From positions 1 to 28,716 of IMG/VR virus record IMGVR_UViG_3300025167_000048: a stretch of 28,716 bases of DNA. One strand, written 5' to 3'. Under the pieces are notes generated by a model. It searched no databases. It had not been told where the DNA came from and worked only from the letters and a program-made list of their open reading frames with translations. The stretch is from a virus (Duplodnaviria; Caudoviricetes). Shown here piece by piece: positions 16,519 to 25,199 of this stretch. The translations under genes were made by a program, and so were the position numbers. Numbering within the stretch: the first letter of the stretch is position 1; each line of letters begins with the position of its first letter.

Positions 16519-18143
16519 AAATCCGCTGTTTTGGAGTCGGGAAGTTGCTGGGTCTTCTTGCGCTTGAAGATTTCTGTTAAGAATGCTTCGATGTTTCCGC
16601 CGCCTTCTTTCATGTACTCGTTGAATAGTTTTTTCATGTCGAGTTTTTTGCCTATGCCTTCTCCAGCGAGCTTTGCCAAGAGCCACGTGGGCACAATCTC
16701 AATATGATGTTTTTTCGCAAGCTGATAAGTTTCCTTTTTTGAGTATGGCGCTATGAGAATGGGATGTACGTCCTGGTTGATCACGTGTACCTGGAGCTTC
16801 TGGTTGCCCTCCTGGAACTCGATCATTTCACCGAATTCGTTGCTATATCGCATTTTGTCTATGAATTCCCTTAGATGCTCAGGAGTGGCGCCGCCCTTGT
16901 AAAACTTACATTCGATTGGATAATAATGCTTCCAAAGAAGCTGATTCTTATAGAAAAAATCAACTTGGAGTACTCGATCTATTTCGCGTGCGTTACTAAG
17001 CTTAATATTATAATGTTCTTTACCCTTGACGATGCGGCGCCAGAAGGTGACTTTGATTTGCATGTTCTTGAGGGCTAAGTCGATGCATTTTTGCGCGAAG
17101 TCTTCATGGAAATGCCCGATGGCGCCTGCCATCCTTTTCTTCCGGCTTACATGCTGCTCCCAGTACGCAACCTGCCTTTGCCTATCCGCTTCCGTGAAAT
17201 GATCATTATCGTAGATGAAGCCTTGCCCGCCGATGACCGCTGTCACTAGCTTCGGGTAAATCTGCGTCAGGATTTTGATGGCTTTCAGCGTTTCAAACTG
17301 GCCTATTTCTTCCTCGAATTTTCCGTATGATGTGAAGCGTTTGAGGCTACTGTCCTTGCGGATCTCCACAAGCATTGCGTTGACGTGTGGACTGTACAGG
17401 CCTTCGCCCTGCTCAATTCGCTTCTTAGCTTGATCTGTGCCAGGTAAACCGTAGACATAGCCTTTGAGGCGTCCTTGGAATGGCGTTTCCTTGCCCAGCA
17501 TCGGATTCCAGTAACCGCGTCTTTCTAGTATGCCTTTCTTTCGCATTTTCGCTAGTGCTGAACTGGCTCTGCCCAATGGCGCTTTGAACTGATCAGCTAC
17601 TTCTTCAGGCACCACGCCGACGTCGCGGCTTTTCAGGAATTCCAGCACATCTTTCTTGCTTAGCCAGCCCTTCTTAATGTCCTCCGTTAGCGCTTTGCTG
17701 AAAGGCTCAAAGGGCACGTTTATTCTCCGCTTGGATTCCTGCAGCGTGTATCTCTGGGTCTTCCGCACCTCAATCGTGATCACCTGACTAGGCGTTACCA
17801 GTTGACTATCTGCCTTAATCCACAGAAAAGTCGTGAACACTCGCCAATATTGGCCTACGCCTGGTTTGCTATCCACGAAGCTCTCGCTGATCTTGCCTCG
17901 GCTGCGGAGGACCTTGCCTTGCTTCCACAACTTACTTAAGCGTTCCTGGACGGTTGTTGGGTAACTGTGTAATTCCCGGACGAGGTCCATTCTGCCCAGG
18001 ATCGTTAGGCCTCTGTAGAGTGAACTTTGACTTGCGTCTATGTCGATGTCTGTGAGTTTGGTTCTTCCGCGTCGGTGCAGGAAAAGTAGGAGCTGAAGCG
18101 CAGCTCGGTTTTCCAGTTGTTTTATTAGCATTTTTGGTGACAA
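16515..18143 (-). CDS. Multi-winged-helix protein with a C-terminal PD-(D/E)xK restriction-endonuclease-like domain
   Basis: wHTH-like segments 'SQSSLYRGLTILGRMDLV', 'TVQERLSKLWKQGKV' and 'PEEVADQF...ASSALAKMRKKGIL'. Nuclease motifs 'GHFHEDF', 'REIDRV' and 'PIECKF'. Confidence 0.7.
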   Translation of the reverse strand: MSPKMLIKQLENRAALQLLLFLHRRGRTKLTDIDIDASQSSLYRGLTILGRMDLVRELHSYPTTVQERLSKLWKQGKVLRSRGKISESFVDSKPGVGQYWRVFTTFLWIKADSQLVTPSQVITIEVRKTQRYTLQESKRRINVPFEPFSKALTEDIKKGWLSKKDVLEFLKSRDVGVVPEEVADQFKAPLGRASSALAKMRKKGILERRGYWNPMLGKETPFQGRLKGYVYGLPGTDQAKKRIEQGEGLYSPHVNAMLVEIRKDSSLKRFTSYGKFEEEIGQFETLKAIKILTQIYPKLVTAVIGGQGFIYDNDHFTEADRQRQVAYWEQHVSRKKRMAGAIGHFHEDFAQKCIDLALKNMQIKVTFWRRIVKGKEHYNIKLSNAREIDRVLQVDFFYKNQLLWKHYYPIECKFYKGGATPEHLREFIDKMRYSNEFGEMIEFQEGNQKLQVHVINQDVHPILIAPYSKKETYQLAKKHHIEIVPTWLLAKLAGEGIGKKLDMKKLFNEYMKEGGGNIEAFLTEIFKRKKTQQLPDSKTADF

Positions 18144-18159
18144 TTTCGACAGTCTCCCC

Positions 18160-18260
18160 TTCGTATTTCGTATATCGGAATGTGGAAAAGTGTTATAAAT
18201 AACTTGTGGAAGTATATACTATTCCGTATTTCGGAATACGGAATAAGGAAGGTGGAATAG
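18160..18260. promoter_or_regulatory. Divergent promoter/operator region
   Basis: BRE/TATA-like ggaaaagtgTTATAAAT, perfect 11-bp IR tattccgtatt-tcgg-aatacggaata (18220-18245), and GGAA repeats with 7-nt period. Confidence 0.7.
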
Positions 18261-18266
18261 AAAACC

Positions 18267-18443
18267 ATGAAAGAAGAAATAATCGATGTTGTGAAGGCTA
18301 TTCCGCAAGGCTCCGGCAAAAGCGTCTACGTTGTCATACCGAGGGAAGTTAGAGAGAAACAGCAAGTCAACGAGAAAACCGAGTTCGTTGTGATCTTGGC
18401 GCCTAACGGCGACATCATCTACAGAAAGAAGGAGGCAAAGTAG
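18267..18443 (+). CDS. Second AbrB/SpoVT-family DNA-binding protein (not in the ORF track)
   Basis: MKEEIIDVVKAIPQGSGKSVYVVIPREVREKQQVNEKTEFVVILAPNGDIIYRKKEAK. Confidence 0.8.
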   Translation: MKEEIIDVVKAIPQGSGKSVYVVIPREVREKQQVNEKTEFVVILAPNGDIIYRKKEAK

Positions 18444-18444
18444 C

Positions 18445-18693
18445 TTGGCTAAGGAGAGCTGCACGGATATAGTTGTTCGCAACATCTTTATAGATACCTT
18501 GGCTATTCTGCAGGATCATGAAAAGCGTTTGCAGGTACTTGAAAAGCCCGATTTGAAAACTGAGTTGAAAACTGAGTTACGGCAACTTAGAATGCGGATT
18601 GAGGCGCTTGATGATGCGCGGAAATTTAATGCTTTAGCCGCTTTGGATCAAGTTTGCGATCTACTTGGCATAAAAGATTTGGGGGCGCCGTAG
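18445..18693 (+). CDS. Coiled-coil hypothetical protein
   Basis: GGAGG SD, heptad pattern, tight operon packing. Confidence 0.6.
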   Translation: MAKESCTDIVVRNIFIDTLAILQDHEKRLQVLEKPDLKTELKTELRQLRMRIEALDDARKFNALAALDQVCDLLGIKDLGAP

Positions 18694-18906
18694 ATGCTGC
18701 AACGTTTTTTCACTATCACGGCTAAGGGCAAGAAGGGCAAACATCATACGCCTTTTCTGCAGTTGGAGACAGATGCTAGCGAGAAGTTGGTTGTGCATTT
18801 AGAAAGCGCAAGTGATTTGGCAAACTACGAAATTGATGATGAATTTGCTGTGGTCATAGGCGGCGGGACTAAGCAGGCGAAGCTTCCAGGAGTTGAGAAG
18901 AAATGA
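18694..18906 (+). CDS. Small hypothetical protein
   Basis: Abuts the upstream stop and overlaps the next start (ATGA). Confidence 0.6.
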   Translation: MLQRFFTITAKGKKGKHHTPFLQLETDASEKLVVHLESASDLANYEIDDEFAVVIGGGTKQAKLPGVEKK

Positions 18907-19040
18907 TGCAGCAAGCTACGCGTCGGGTGCAGCGGAAGCGTCCTGTTTGCACGGCTACTTATTGTCCGCAGAATACGCCAACTTTAGCAAGGCGCCCAGG
19001 AAGAAAATGCGCTGGTTGCCCGAATGTGAGGTATCCGTGA
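18903..19040 (+). CDS. 45-aa basic Cys4 microprotein (not in the ORF track)
   Basis: MMQQATRRVQRKRPVCTATYCPQNTPTLARRPGRKCAGCPNVRYP; start/stop overlaps at both ends. Confidence 0.55.
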   Translation: MMQQATRRVQRKRPVCTATYCPQNTPTLARRPGRKCAGCPNVRYP

Positions 19041-19765
19041 TGGCTTTGCAGCAGCGTTTGGCTCCTCAGGCTTGCAGGAGTCGCCGTCCTGAAAAGTTAA
19101 AATACATCACGACTTACGGGAAGCCTCAATACGTCAAAATCAAAGGTGGTGTTCAGAGGATTGAGCTTCACCGGGGCTGCCCCTACGGTCACGAATACTG
19201 CTATGAGCCGCAGGAGAACATTGATTTTCCTATTCCTAAGATTGAGCGGAATCATGTGCAGATTTTGGACATGAGTTTGCTTGCTCGTGGGAACTTGCTG
19301 GAGACGCTTGACCAACTTAGCAGGGTTCGGGTTGAGGGCAAGGTTGTTTACTACGAGGCTGTATGCGGCTTCGATTTTCGGGTGCTTACGCCTGAAATCG
19401 TGGATGCCCTGAAGATGGCCCGGTTCAAGCGAATTCGTCTGGCGTGGGATGGTCCTCTCGGTGACCAATACAAAATCAAAGACGCGATCAAACTGTTTCT
19501 GAAGGCTGGCTTCTCAACGGCGGACTTGATGTTGTTCAGGATTGTTAATTGGCGCGTGAGCTTTGAGGATTGCCTTCGGAAGCTGGATTTAATGAAGGTT
19601 TGGCGCGTCAAGGTCTGTGATTGCTGTTACGACGCAGGTTACCGTTATGCGGTTCCCGAGTTTTGGACGGAGCAGCAACTTCGGGAGACCCGTGCAGCTT
19701 GTCGTAGGCATAATCACCTTGTAAATTTCGGTATCGACCCAGATGTAAAAGCGGAGGCATCTTGA
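19040..19765 (+). CDS. Radical-SAM-like protein with a variant CxxxHxxC motif
   Basis: 'IELHRGCPYGHEYC', 'QILD', 'GFDFRVLTPE' and 'IRLAWD'. True start is likely 19037/19040 after GAGGT. Confidence 0.7.
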   Translation: MALQQRLAPQACRSRRPEKLKYITTYGKPQYVKIKGGVQRIELHRGCPYGHEYCYEPQENIDFPIPKIERNHVQILDMSLLARGNLLETLDQLSRVRVEGKVVYYEAVCGFDFRVLTPEIVDALKMARFKRIRLAWDGPLGDQYKIKDAIKLFLKAGFSTADLMLFRIVNWRVSFEDCLRKLDLMKVWRVKVCDCCYDAGYRYAVPEFWTEQQLRETRAACRRHNHLVNFGIDPDVKAEAS

Positions 19766-20139
19766 TAGTTCTTAGTCCTGATCCCCGCCTAGTTATGGTT
19801 ACGCCTATTTGCCCTGCTTGTGGATACGTGGATCCTATCTGTTGGCGTAGAAACCGCTGGGTCAACGGCGTCGACTACGCTAGATTCGAAGATTTCATAG
19901 TGGCGTATCCTCAGTTTGCCGACATGATAAAAGGCGTGACTCGCTCAGATATCCACTTTTACTATATGCGGGGAAAGAAAGCCAGTTGCTTTGTTTACCG
20001 TTGGCCTCGGGTCCTTGGCCCCACTTACTACACGTCAACTCGGCATTTTTTTGAGTGGTATGTTCCGCGGGGTCATTTGCCGAAGCAGCAGTCAAAATTG
20101 GAAGTTGCCGTTCCGTCGACTGAGGAGGCGGTTTCTTGA
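19762..20139 (+). CDS. Hypothetical protein with a CPACG motif
   Basis: 4-nt overlaps with neighbours at both ends. Confidence 0.55.
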   Translation: MIVLSPDPRLVMVTPICPACGYVDPICWRRNRWVNGVDYARFEDFIVAYPQFADMIKGVTRSDIHFYYMRGKKASCFVYRWPRVLGPTYYTSTRHFFEWYVPRGHLPKQQSKLEVAVPSTEEAVS

Positions 20140-21710
20140 AGTTGCGTCTTTCGTCTGATTTTGCCATCGATACGGATGATTACAAACGTGAGGGCTTACG
20201 CATTAGTATATTAGCTATGAGTGGGCATGGCAAGAGCAACGCGGCTGCCGACGTCGTTGAAGACGTCTTGGACAATGGCGCCCAAGTGATCATCATAGAG
20301 CCGATACCGGAGTGGCACACTTTGAAAGCCCGGTATAATAACGTGGTCGTGGTGGGCGGGCCATATCAGGATTTGCCGCTTGAGCCTGCCTTCGCTCACG
20401 AATACGTTAAGTCCGCGTTGGAGAAGGGCATTAGCCTCATAGTAAACGTGAGCGACATCGAGGATGATGCGGACCAGGTGCGGTTCGTCAGCAACTTCTT
20501 GTGGAATCTTTATCGTTTGGAGCAGAAGTACCGGCGTGTTGTCTTCCTGGTGCTTGAGGAAGCGGATACGTGGGCTCCGCAGATGTGGGATGCCGTTACG
20601 AAGCAAAGTCTCTCTCGAGTTAGCCTTATCGCTAAGCATGGCCGCAAAATCGGCATCTTCCCAATCCTAATCAGCCAGCGCCCTGCGGACCTGCACAAGA
20701 GCCCCTTGAGTCAATGCAACGTTAACCTTTTCGGCAGGTTCACAAGCCCAGCGGACCTCAGCGAAAAAACAGGCATCATGTACGTGGTGAAGAAGCAGCA
20801 CTTGCCTATCACTGAAGAGCAGATCATGAAGTTGCCCCAGAGTACATTCATCGTGACCGACCAGAACGGAGTACATACGGTTGCGGTCCGCAAACGCCTA
20901 TGCCCGCATGGCGCCGATACTCCGCTTGTGGAAACTAAGCCCTTCACTGCTGATGTTTCTAACGCTTTGAGCAGCTTGAGCGAAGAGATATCGAGGGCGG
21001 TTGCAGCCAAGAAGGCTGAGGATTCTGAGGTTAAGCGTCTTGGGAAGGAAGTTGCTCGCCTGAAAGATGAGAAGAAGGAGCTTGAGGCGAAAGCGAACAT
21101 CAAACTTTCTATACAAGAGATGATGAGCGGCAATGGTAAGGTTGCTCCTGAGGTTCTTGAGAAGCAGCTCGAGGAGGCAAGGCAGCAGGGTTTCAAAGAA
21201 GCACTGGAAAAACTTGATGCGGTCAAGAAAGAATGGAAGGTTGACGAATACCAGAATACTATAGCCTCTTTGAAGGATGAGAATTCAGCATTCAGGCAGG
21301 ATCTGGAAAAGTTAGAGCTAGAGAACGCGAAATTTGCTAAATTCAAAGCGGCTTTGGCTGAGCTTTTACCTACTCCATTATCTACGGGTTTACCTACAGA
21401 GAATAACGCGGTTGGGCTGCAGGCAACCACGACCATCGTTGATGTGGCTGCTGCTGAAAAATTTGTAACCATCAATACCGAGAGTTTTGCGGGTAAGATT
21501 CTTGCGGTTGCTAAGAAGGGCAAACTCGATAAATGGCAGCAACTGGGCGAGGTCGTGAAAGCTGTTGAAGAGGAGAAGTGGACGGCAACATCTCAGCAAG
21601 TCAATAATGCTCTAAATGATTTGGTTAAGGATGGGTTAATCGCTAAGAAGCACACTGACAGGAACTATTTCTGTTTGGCTCAGGGAGTCCAATTCAAGGA
21701 GGCCTCTTAA
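20136..21710 (+). CDS. HerA/FtsK-superfamily ATPase (DUF87-like) with coiled coil and C-terminal wHTH
   Basis: Walker A 'AMSGHGKS', Walker B 'LVLEEAD', arginine finger 'GRKIG' and 'ISQRP'; C-terminal 'QVNNALNDLVKDGLI'. Confidence 0.85.
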   Translation: MKLRLSSDFAIDTDDYKREGLRISILAMSGHGKSNAAADVVEDVLDNGAQVIIIEPIPEWHTLKARYNNVVVVGGPYQDLPLEPAFAHEYVKSALEKGISLIVNVSDIEDDADQVRFVSNFLWNLYRLEQKYRRVVFLVLEEADTWAPQMWDAVTKQSLSRVSLIAKHGRKIGIFPILISQRPADLHKSPLSQCNVNLFGRFTSPADLSEKTGIMYVVKKQHLPITEEQIMKLPQSTFIVTDQNGVHTVAVRKRLCPHGADTPLVETKPFTADVSNALSSLSEEISRAVAAKKAEDSEVKRLGKEVARLKDEKKELEAKANIKLSIQEMMSGNGKVAPEVLEKQLEEARQQGFKEALEKLDAVKKEWKVDEYQNTIASLKDENSAFRQDLEKLELENAKFAKFKAALAELLPTPLSTGLPTENNAVGLQATTTIVDVAAAEKFVTINTESFAGKILAVAKKGKLDKWQQLGEVVKAVEEEKWTATSQQVNNALNDLVKDGLIAKKHTDRNYFCLAQGVQFKEAS

Positions 21711-21970
21711 TGGGTTGCGGTGGACAAGTAATCGAAACTGGAAAGTTGCGAAGGTTTCTCCGAGAGCTGAAAATCTGGTGGAGAGGATACATCAAAACTG
21801 GTCTAAAAATGAGTTGTCCTTACTGCGGCTTTCATGCTTCGGTTTATTCAAAAATCTATCTTGCTGAGCAAACAGGTACAGACACGGTGATTTGCATAAA
21901 CTGCGAGTTTGAACGAGATTTGACTATCAATGAATTAGTGGAACTAGTGAAGAAGGAGGCTGAATCTTGA
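21710..21970 (+). CDS. Zinc-ribbon protein
   Basis: CPYC...CINC; TAATG overlap with the upstream gene. Confidence 0.65.
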   Translation: MGCGGQVIETGKLRRFLRELKIWWRGYIKTGLKMSCPYCGFHASVYSKIYLAEQTGTDTVICINCEFERDLTINELVELVKKEAES

Positions 21971-22530
21971 GTGTGAATGGGCGAAAGGGCTCTTCTGGGC
22001 ATCAAAACTTGATTCGTATGGCAAGTTTGAAGTTGCTTAATGAAGTGCTTGGTGAAGACTTCCTTCAGGTTACATTCGTTAGAGAAAACGCTTTAGATGT
22101 TAAAACACGTACGGACGTTGAAGGCGGCGGATTCGGTAGCACAATGATAGCGGCTGCTGAACTTAGGCTTTATGCTGATGTAGCTTGCGCGGTTGTTTAC
22201 GATGCAAATTCTGAATGGGCGCTTAAGAAGGATGCAGACCCCGAGCTGGTCAAAATAGTCGACAAGTTTTTTGCAGAGGGAAACATGCAGGAATATCGAC
22301 ACGCGGTTCGAGATGCCTATGGCATGATGTTTTACATAATCGAATGTGAAACAAACCCAAACAGCAACCTTCTACGCGACGGACCTAGACTAACAGCCTA
22401 CAAACTAATTAAGCAACAAAATAACAATCTAAAGCTAATTCTTGCGGTTTTTGAAGGCACTAAGGTAGATAATCCTGAAATTTTCGATGCGGTTTGGGAG
22501 TTTCCGCGAAAAAACGAGGAGGTTGCTTGA
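21967..22530 (+). CDS. Putative PD-(D/E)xK nuclease
   Basis: 'GHQNL', 'YADVA' and 'YIIECET' motifs. Confidence 0.55.
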   Translation: MSVNGRKGSSGHQNLIRMASLKLLNEVLGEDFLQVTFVRENALDVKTRTDVEGGGFGSTMIAAAELRLYADVACAVVYDANSEWALKKDADPELVKIVDKFFAEGNMQEYRHAVRDAYGMMFYIIECETNPNSNLLRDGPRLTAYKLIKQQNNNLKLILAVFEGTKVDNPEIFDAVWEFPRKNEEVA

Positions 22531-22644
22531 TGGCTTCTAAAATGTTTTCTTTCATTACCGTTTTTCGTAAGACGTTGCGGGAGGCTTGGAACGTTTGAAA
22601 GGCGAGAAGGGATGCGAGAAGAGGGCTAGGCGTGTGGGCAAGTT

Positions 22645-22986
22645 TTGGGTTTGCAGTTACGGGTACAAGGAGTTTGCTTAAGCATGTGGGTTTGTTTGAA
22701 TGATGCGGGTATGCGGGTTTGGGGCGATGTTTTCCCGGATGGCAAGGTTCCTGTTTGCTCTATGACCTTCCAAGAAGCGAAGTTAGGACCTAAAACTGAG
22801 CTCGTTATCTTGGTTGCCTGGACTGCATTATCTGAAAAGCAAAAGGACGGTGTGCTGGCTAAGATAAGCGAGAGATGGGGAACTCCGAAAGAGGAGGTCC
22901 TGAAAGGCATTCTGAGAATTGGCCTGCCGCTGCGGGAATCGTACACGACTGGTACTGTGGCCGCGGAGTTGAGGTTCTTCATTTAG
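22645..22986 (+). CDS. Hypothetical protein (start uncertain, possibly 22684)
   Basis: Globular-looking sequence, operon context. Confidence 0.6.
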   Translation: MGLQLRVQGVCLSMWVCLNDAGMRVWGDVFPDGKVPVCSMTFQEAKLGPKTELVILVAWTALSEKQKDGVLAKISERWGTPKEEVLKGILRIGLPLRESYTTGTVAAELRFFI

Positions 22987-22989
22987 GAG

Positions 22990-23784
22990 TTGCTTGTTTT
23001 GGCTGGGCGTTCTAGGGAATCCTCTTCGCGTGTGGACCATAATGATTATGATGGTTATGGTGAAAGCCTTAGGCATCGCGTTTTCTGCGAGCTCGATAAG
23101 AATCCGTTGCTCACTCCATTGGCGCTACGGCGGATTCTGAGATTTGATCGTGGCGTTAGCCTTCAGCTCCTTGCGAATTACAAGAACCAATGGCGCCATA
23201 ACTATCGAAATATGCGAGGTCTAAAGTGCCTAAGCTTTCATAATGCGCGGGCGAATGCGGTGGTGCCGAGGGATGTTAGTAGGGTTGAGGCTGTTAGGTG
23301 TAATTGGCTTGTTACTAGGGCGCGGAATAGGATGCTTGTTTGGCGGGATGAGTTGGGGCGGTTGGAGTGGTTTGAGACTGGTTTTGTGAAGGTTTGGGTG
23401 CGGAAGCCTGCGACTGAAGGGAAGGCGGTGCAATTGTTGGCTAATGGGTTTACGAAGACTGAGTTGATTTGGGATATGCGTGTTTGGGAGCGGGTTCGGC
23501 GTAGTTTGGTTCTTCATGGGGCTACGTTGGCTGTTGAGACCGGTGTTCGGTTGCCGTATGTTTGCGTGGAGTTGTTGAAGGAAAGTAATGGCGTTAAAGT
23601 GAAGATGGGTGATTTGACTGATCCGACGAAGTTGGAGATTGAGTTTTGTTATCCTAAGTGGGCTCAGAGAAATGAGCAGATTTTAGGGCAGCTTGCGGAG
23701 GTTCTGAAGAGCCTTTACAACTTGAACGGTGCAGCCGCGAATGGTGTTAAAGATTTGAGGAGCATGAAGGATTATGTTTTCTAG
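22990..23784 (+). CDS. Basic, Trp-rich hypothetical protein, possibly DNA-binding
   Basis: N-terminal HTH-like 'LDKNPLLTPLALRRIL'; 264-aa ORF in the operon. Confidence 0.6.
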   Translation: MLVLAGRSRESSSRVDHNDYDGYGESLRHRVFCELDKNPLLTPLALRRILRFDRGVSLQLLANYKNQWRHNYRNMRGLKCLSFHNARANAVVPRDVSRVEAVRCNWLVTRARNRMLVWRDELGRLEWFETGFVKVWVRKPATEGKAVQLLANGFTKTELIWDMRVWERVRRSLVLHGATLAVETGVRLPYVCVELLKESNGVKVKMGDLTDPTKLEIEFCYPKWAQRNEQILGQLAEVLKSLYNLNGAAANGVKDLRSMKDYVF

Positions 23785-24220
23785 TTACCACGTTAAGGTT
23801 ATTTGGGAAATTGTAAGAGATGGAAATTATGATGCTCGCAAACTGGCAGACAAGCATTATTCTCGCAAAACAAAAGGTGCAGCACTATTCTGCGGACCAG
23901 GCAAACATCTTGTGCTCATGACGCTTGATAAGAATGCCCTCTTTGTTTGGCGCAAGAATAAGTTTCGTCGAGATGATCAAGTAGGTGTGGAATGCACGAT
24001 ATTTAGAAACGAAGGCCCAATGCTATCAAGTGACCTCATCAGAGAAGCTATAAAAATCGCAAGGAACAAATGGCCTAACGAACGGTTCTTCACCTACGTT
24101 AATCCAAGTGCGATTAAAAGCACGGATCCTGGGCATTGTTTCAAGCAAGCTGGCTGGAAAAGAATTGGCACTAATCGTACAGGAAAATTGATTTTGTTGG
24201 AGGCCCCTATATGTACGTAG
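23774..24220 (+). CDS. Mom-like (GNAT-fold) putative DNA-modifying protein
   Basis: 'ARKLADKHYS', 'FFTYVNP' and 'PGHCFKQAGWKRIG' parallel the Mom-family HY and G-x-x-Y/F-x-A-x-G/N-W motifs. Confidence 0.6.
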   Translation: MFSSYHVKVIWEIVRDGNYDARKLADKHYSRKTKGAALFCGPGKHLVLMTLDKNALFVWRKNKFRRDDQVGVECTIFRNEGPMLSSDLIREAIKIARNKWPNERFFTYVNPSAIKSTDPGHCFKQAGWKRIGTNRTGKLILLEAPICT

Positions 24221-24409
24221 TAAGGGTTACTCGTAGTATTCCAGCGTTCAATTTGCCTGTGGATGGTTGTTTAGTGGGTTTTGATGGTGTTTGCAGAGGC
24301 TTGGATTTCTCTTCTTTTCGAGAAATAAGCCTTTTCTATGGCGCTGGATGCATGGGATTTTTTGCGTCTGTAGATGTAGACCAAGTGGTGTTTGTTTCGG
24401 TACTTGTTG

Positions 24410-25012
24410 ATGGAGCGGAAAACCTTGAGTGAACAGAGTAAACAGGAAATCGTTGAAAAGCCTGTTCAGAAGCGTTCTCCTGAGGAGAAAATTGGCAGAA
24501 TTAAGTGGAATCAGATCTTGCTGAACCGTGTTTTGGACGAGATTAAGAAGTTCAGAGAGGATATGGAAGCTGAGAAGCGTCAGATTCGGGAAGAGATTAA
24601 GCAACTTAGAGTTATGGAGCGTGCTATTCTCAATGGCTTCAGGGGCAGCGGTATTATCAAATATACTGTGCCTATGATTGAGCGGATTGCTTGTGTCGAC
24701 GCGGTTGACTTTGCGATTTTGGAAAGTGTTTATAGAGCGGCTAGTCCTGGCGTTCTCCCGAAGATAGTGGCTGTGGATATCGATGTCGATGCGGAATTGC
24801 GTAAACGTAGCCCTTACGATTTGAAATATTATGATGTAAGCCGCAGGATCGTCCACATGAACAAACGCCTTTTCGAGGAGCTTGCCGAGTGCTTGTTTGA
24901 GAAGCGTGGGCTGAAGTGGGCGTTGACGAGTTTTGCGTTTGAGGTTTGGGGCGAAGAGAAATTAGGCGAAACAGAAAAGGAGAATACTACGAGTACTCTG
25001 GGGTCCTCGTAG
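24410..25012 (+). CDS. Coiled-coil plus winged-helix (LysR/ModE-like HTH) regulator
   Basis: 'DVSRRIVHMNKRLFEELAECLFEKRGLKWALT' resembles the LysR recognition helix and wing; last gene before the late module. Confidence 0.55.
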   Translation: MERKTLSEQSKQEIVEKPVQKRSPEEKIGRIKWNQILLNRVLDEIKKFREDMEAEKRQIREEIKQLRVMERAILNGFRGSGIIKYTVPMIERIACVDAVDFAILESVYRAASPGVLPKIVAVDIDVDAELRKRSPYDLKYYDVSRRIVHMNKRLFEELAECLFEKRGLKWALTSFAFEVWGEEKLGETEKENTTSTLGSS

Positions 25013-25016
25013 TAAC

Positions 25017-25199
25017 TTATTTGGTTTTGTCTTCTTTGTCCTGGTAGTAGCTTACGCCTGCGGATAGTCCAACGCTTAGAGCTAGAGCGATTATTGTGGC
25101 TGATAGATCTCCGGATGAGGCTATGTAGGTTGCGCCTGCGGCGACGCCGTTGACGATTGCCAAGACCGCTGCGAGTTTGGGTTTGAATGTGAATCCCAT
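25017..25199 (-). CDS. 60-aa membrane protein with two TM helices
   Basis: GGAGGTGA SD at 25204-25211 (minus strand), two hydrophobic helices and a charged tail. Confidence 0.7.
   Translation of the reverse strand: MGFTFKPKLAAVLAIVNGVAAGATYIASSGDLSATIIALALSVGLSAGVSYYQDKEDKTK

Noticed and set aside
18893-19036. N-terminal extension of the radical-SAM ORF
   Set aside because: It overlaps a coupled Cys4 microprotein in another frame, and the SD lies before 19037/19040.
20711-21523. Long 270-aa antisense ORF
   Set aside because: Shadow of the coiled-coil region of the HerA-like gene; S/F/L-rich with no motifs.
24211-24432. 73-aa ORF with faint similarity to a GINS B-domain start ('VRVTRSIPAF')
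   Set aside because: The resemblance is too short and the rest is unconvincing; coding status is uncertain.
24248-24856. 202-aa minus-strand ORF
   Set aside because: Antisense to the better-supported wHTH gene at 24410-25012; no recognisable motifs.
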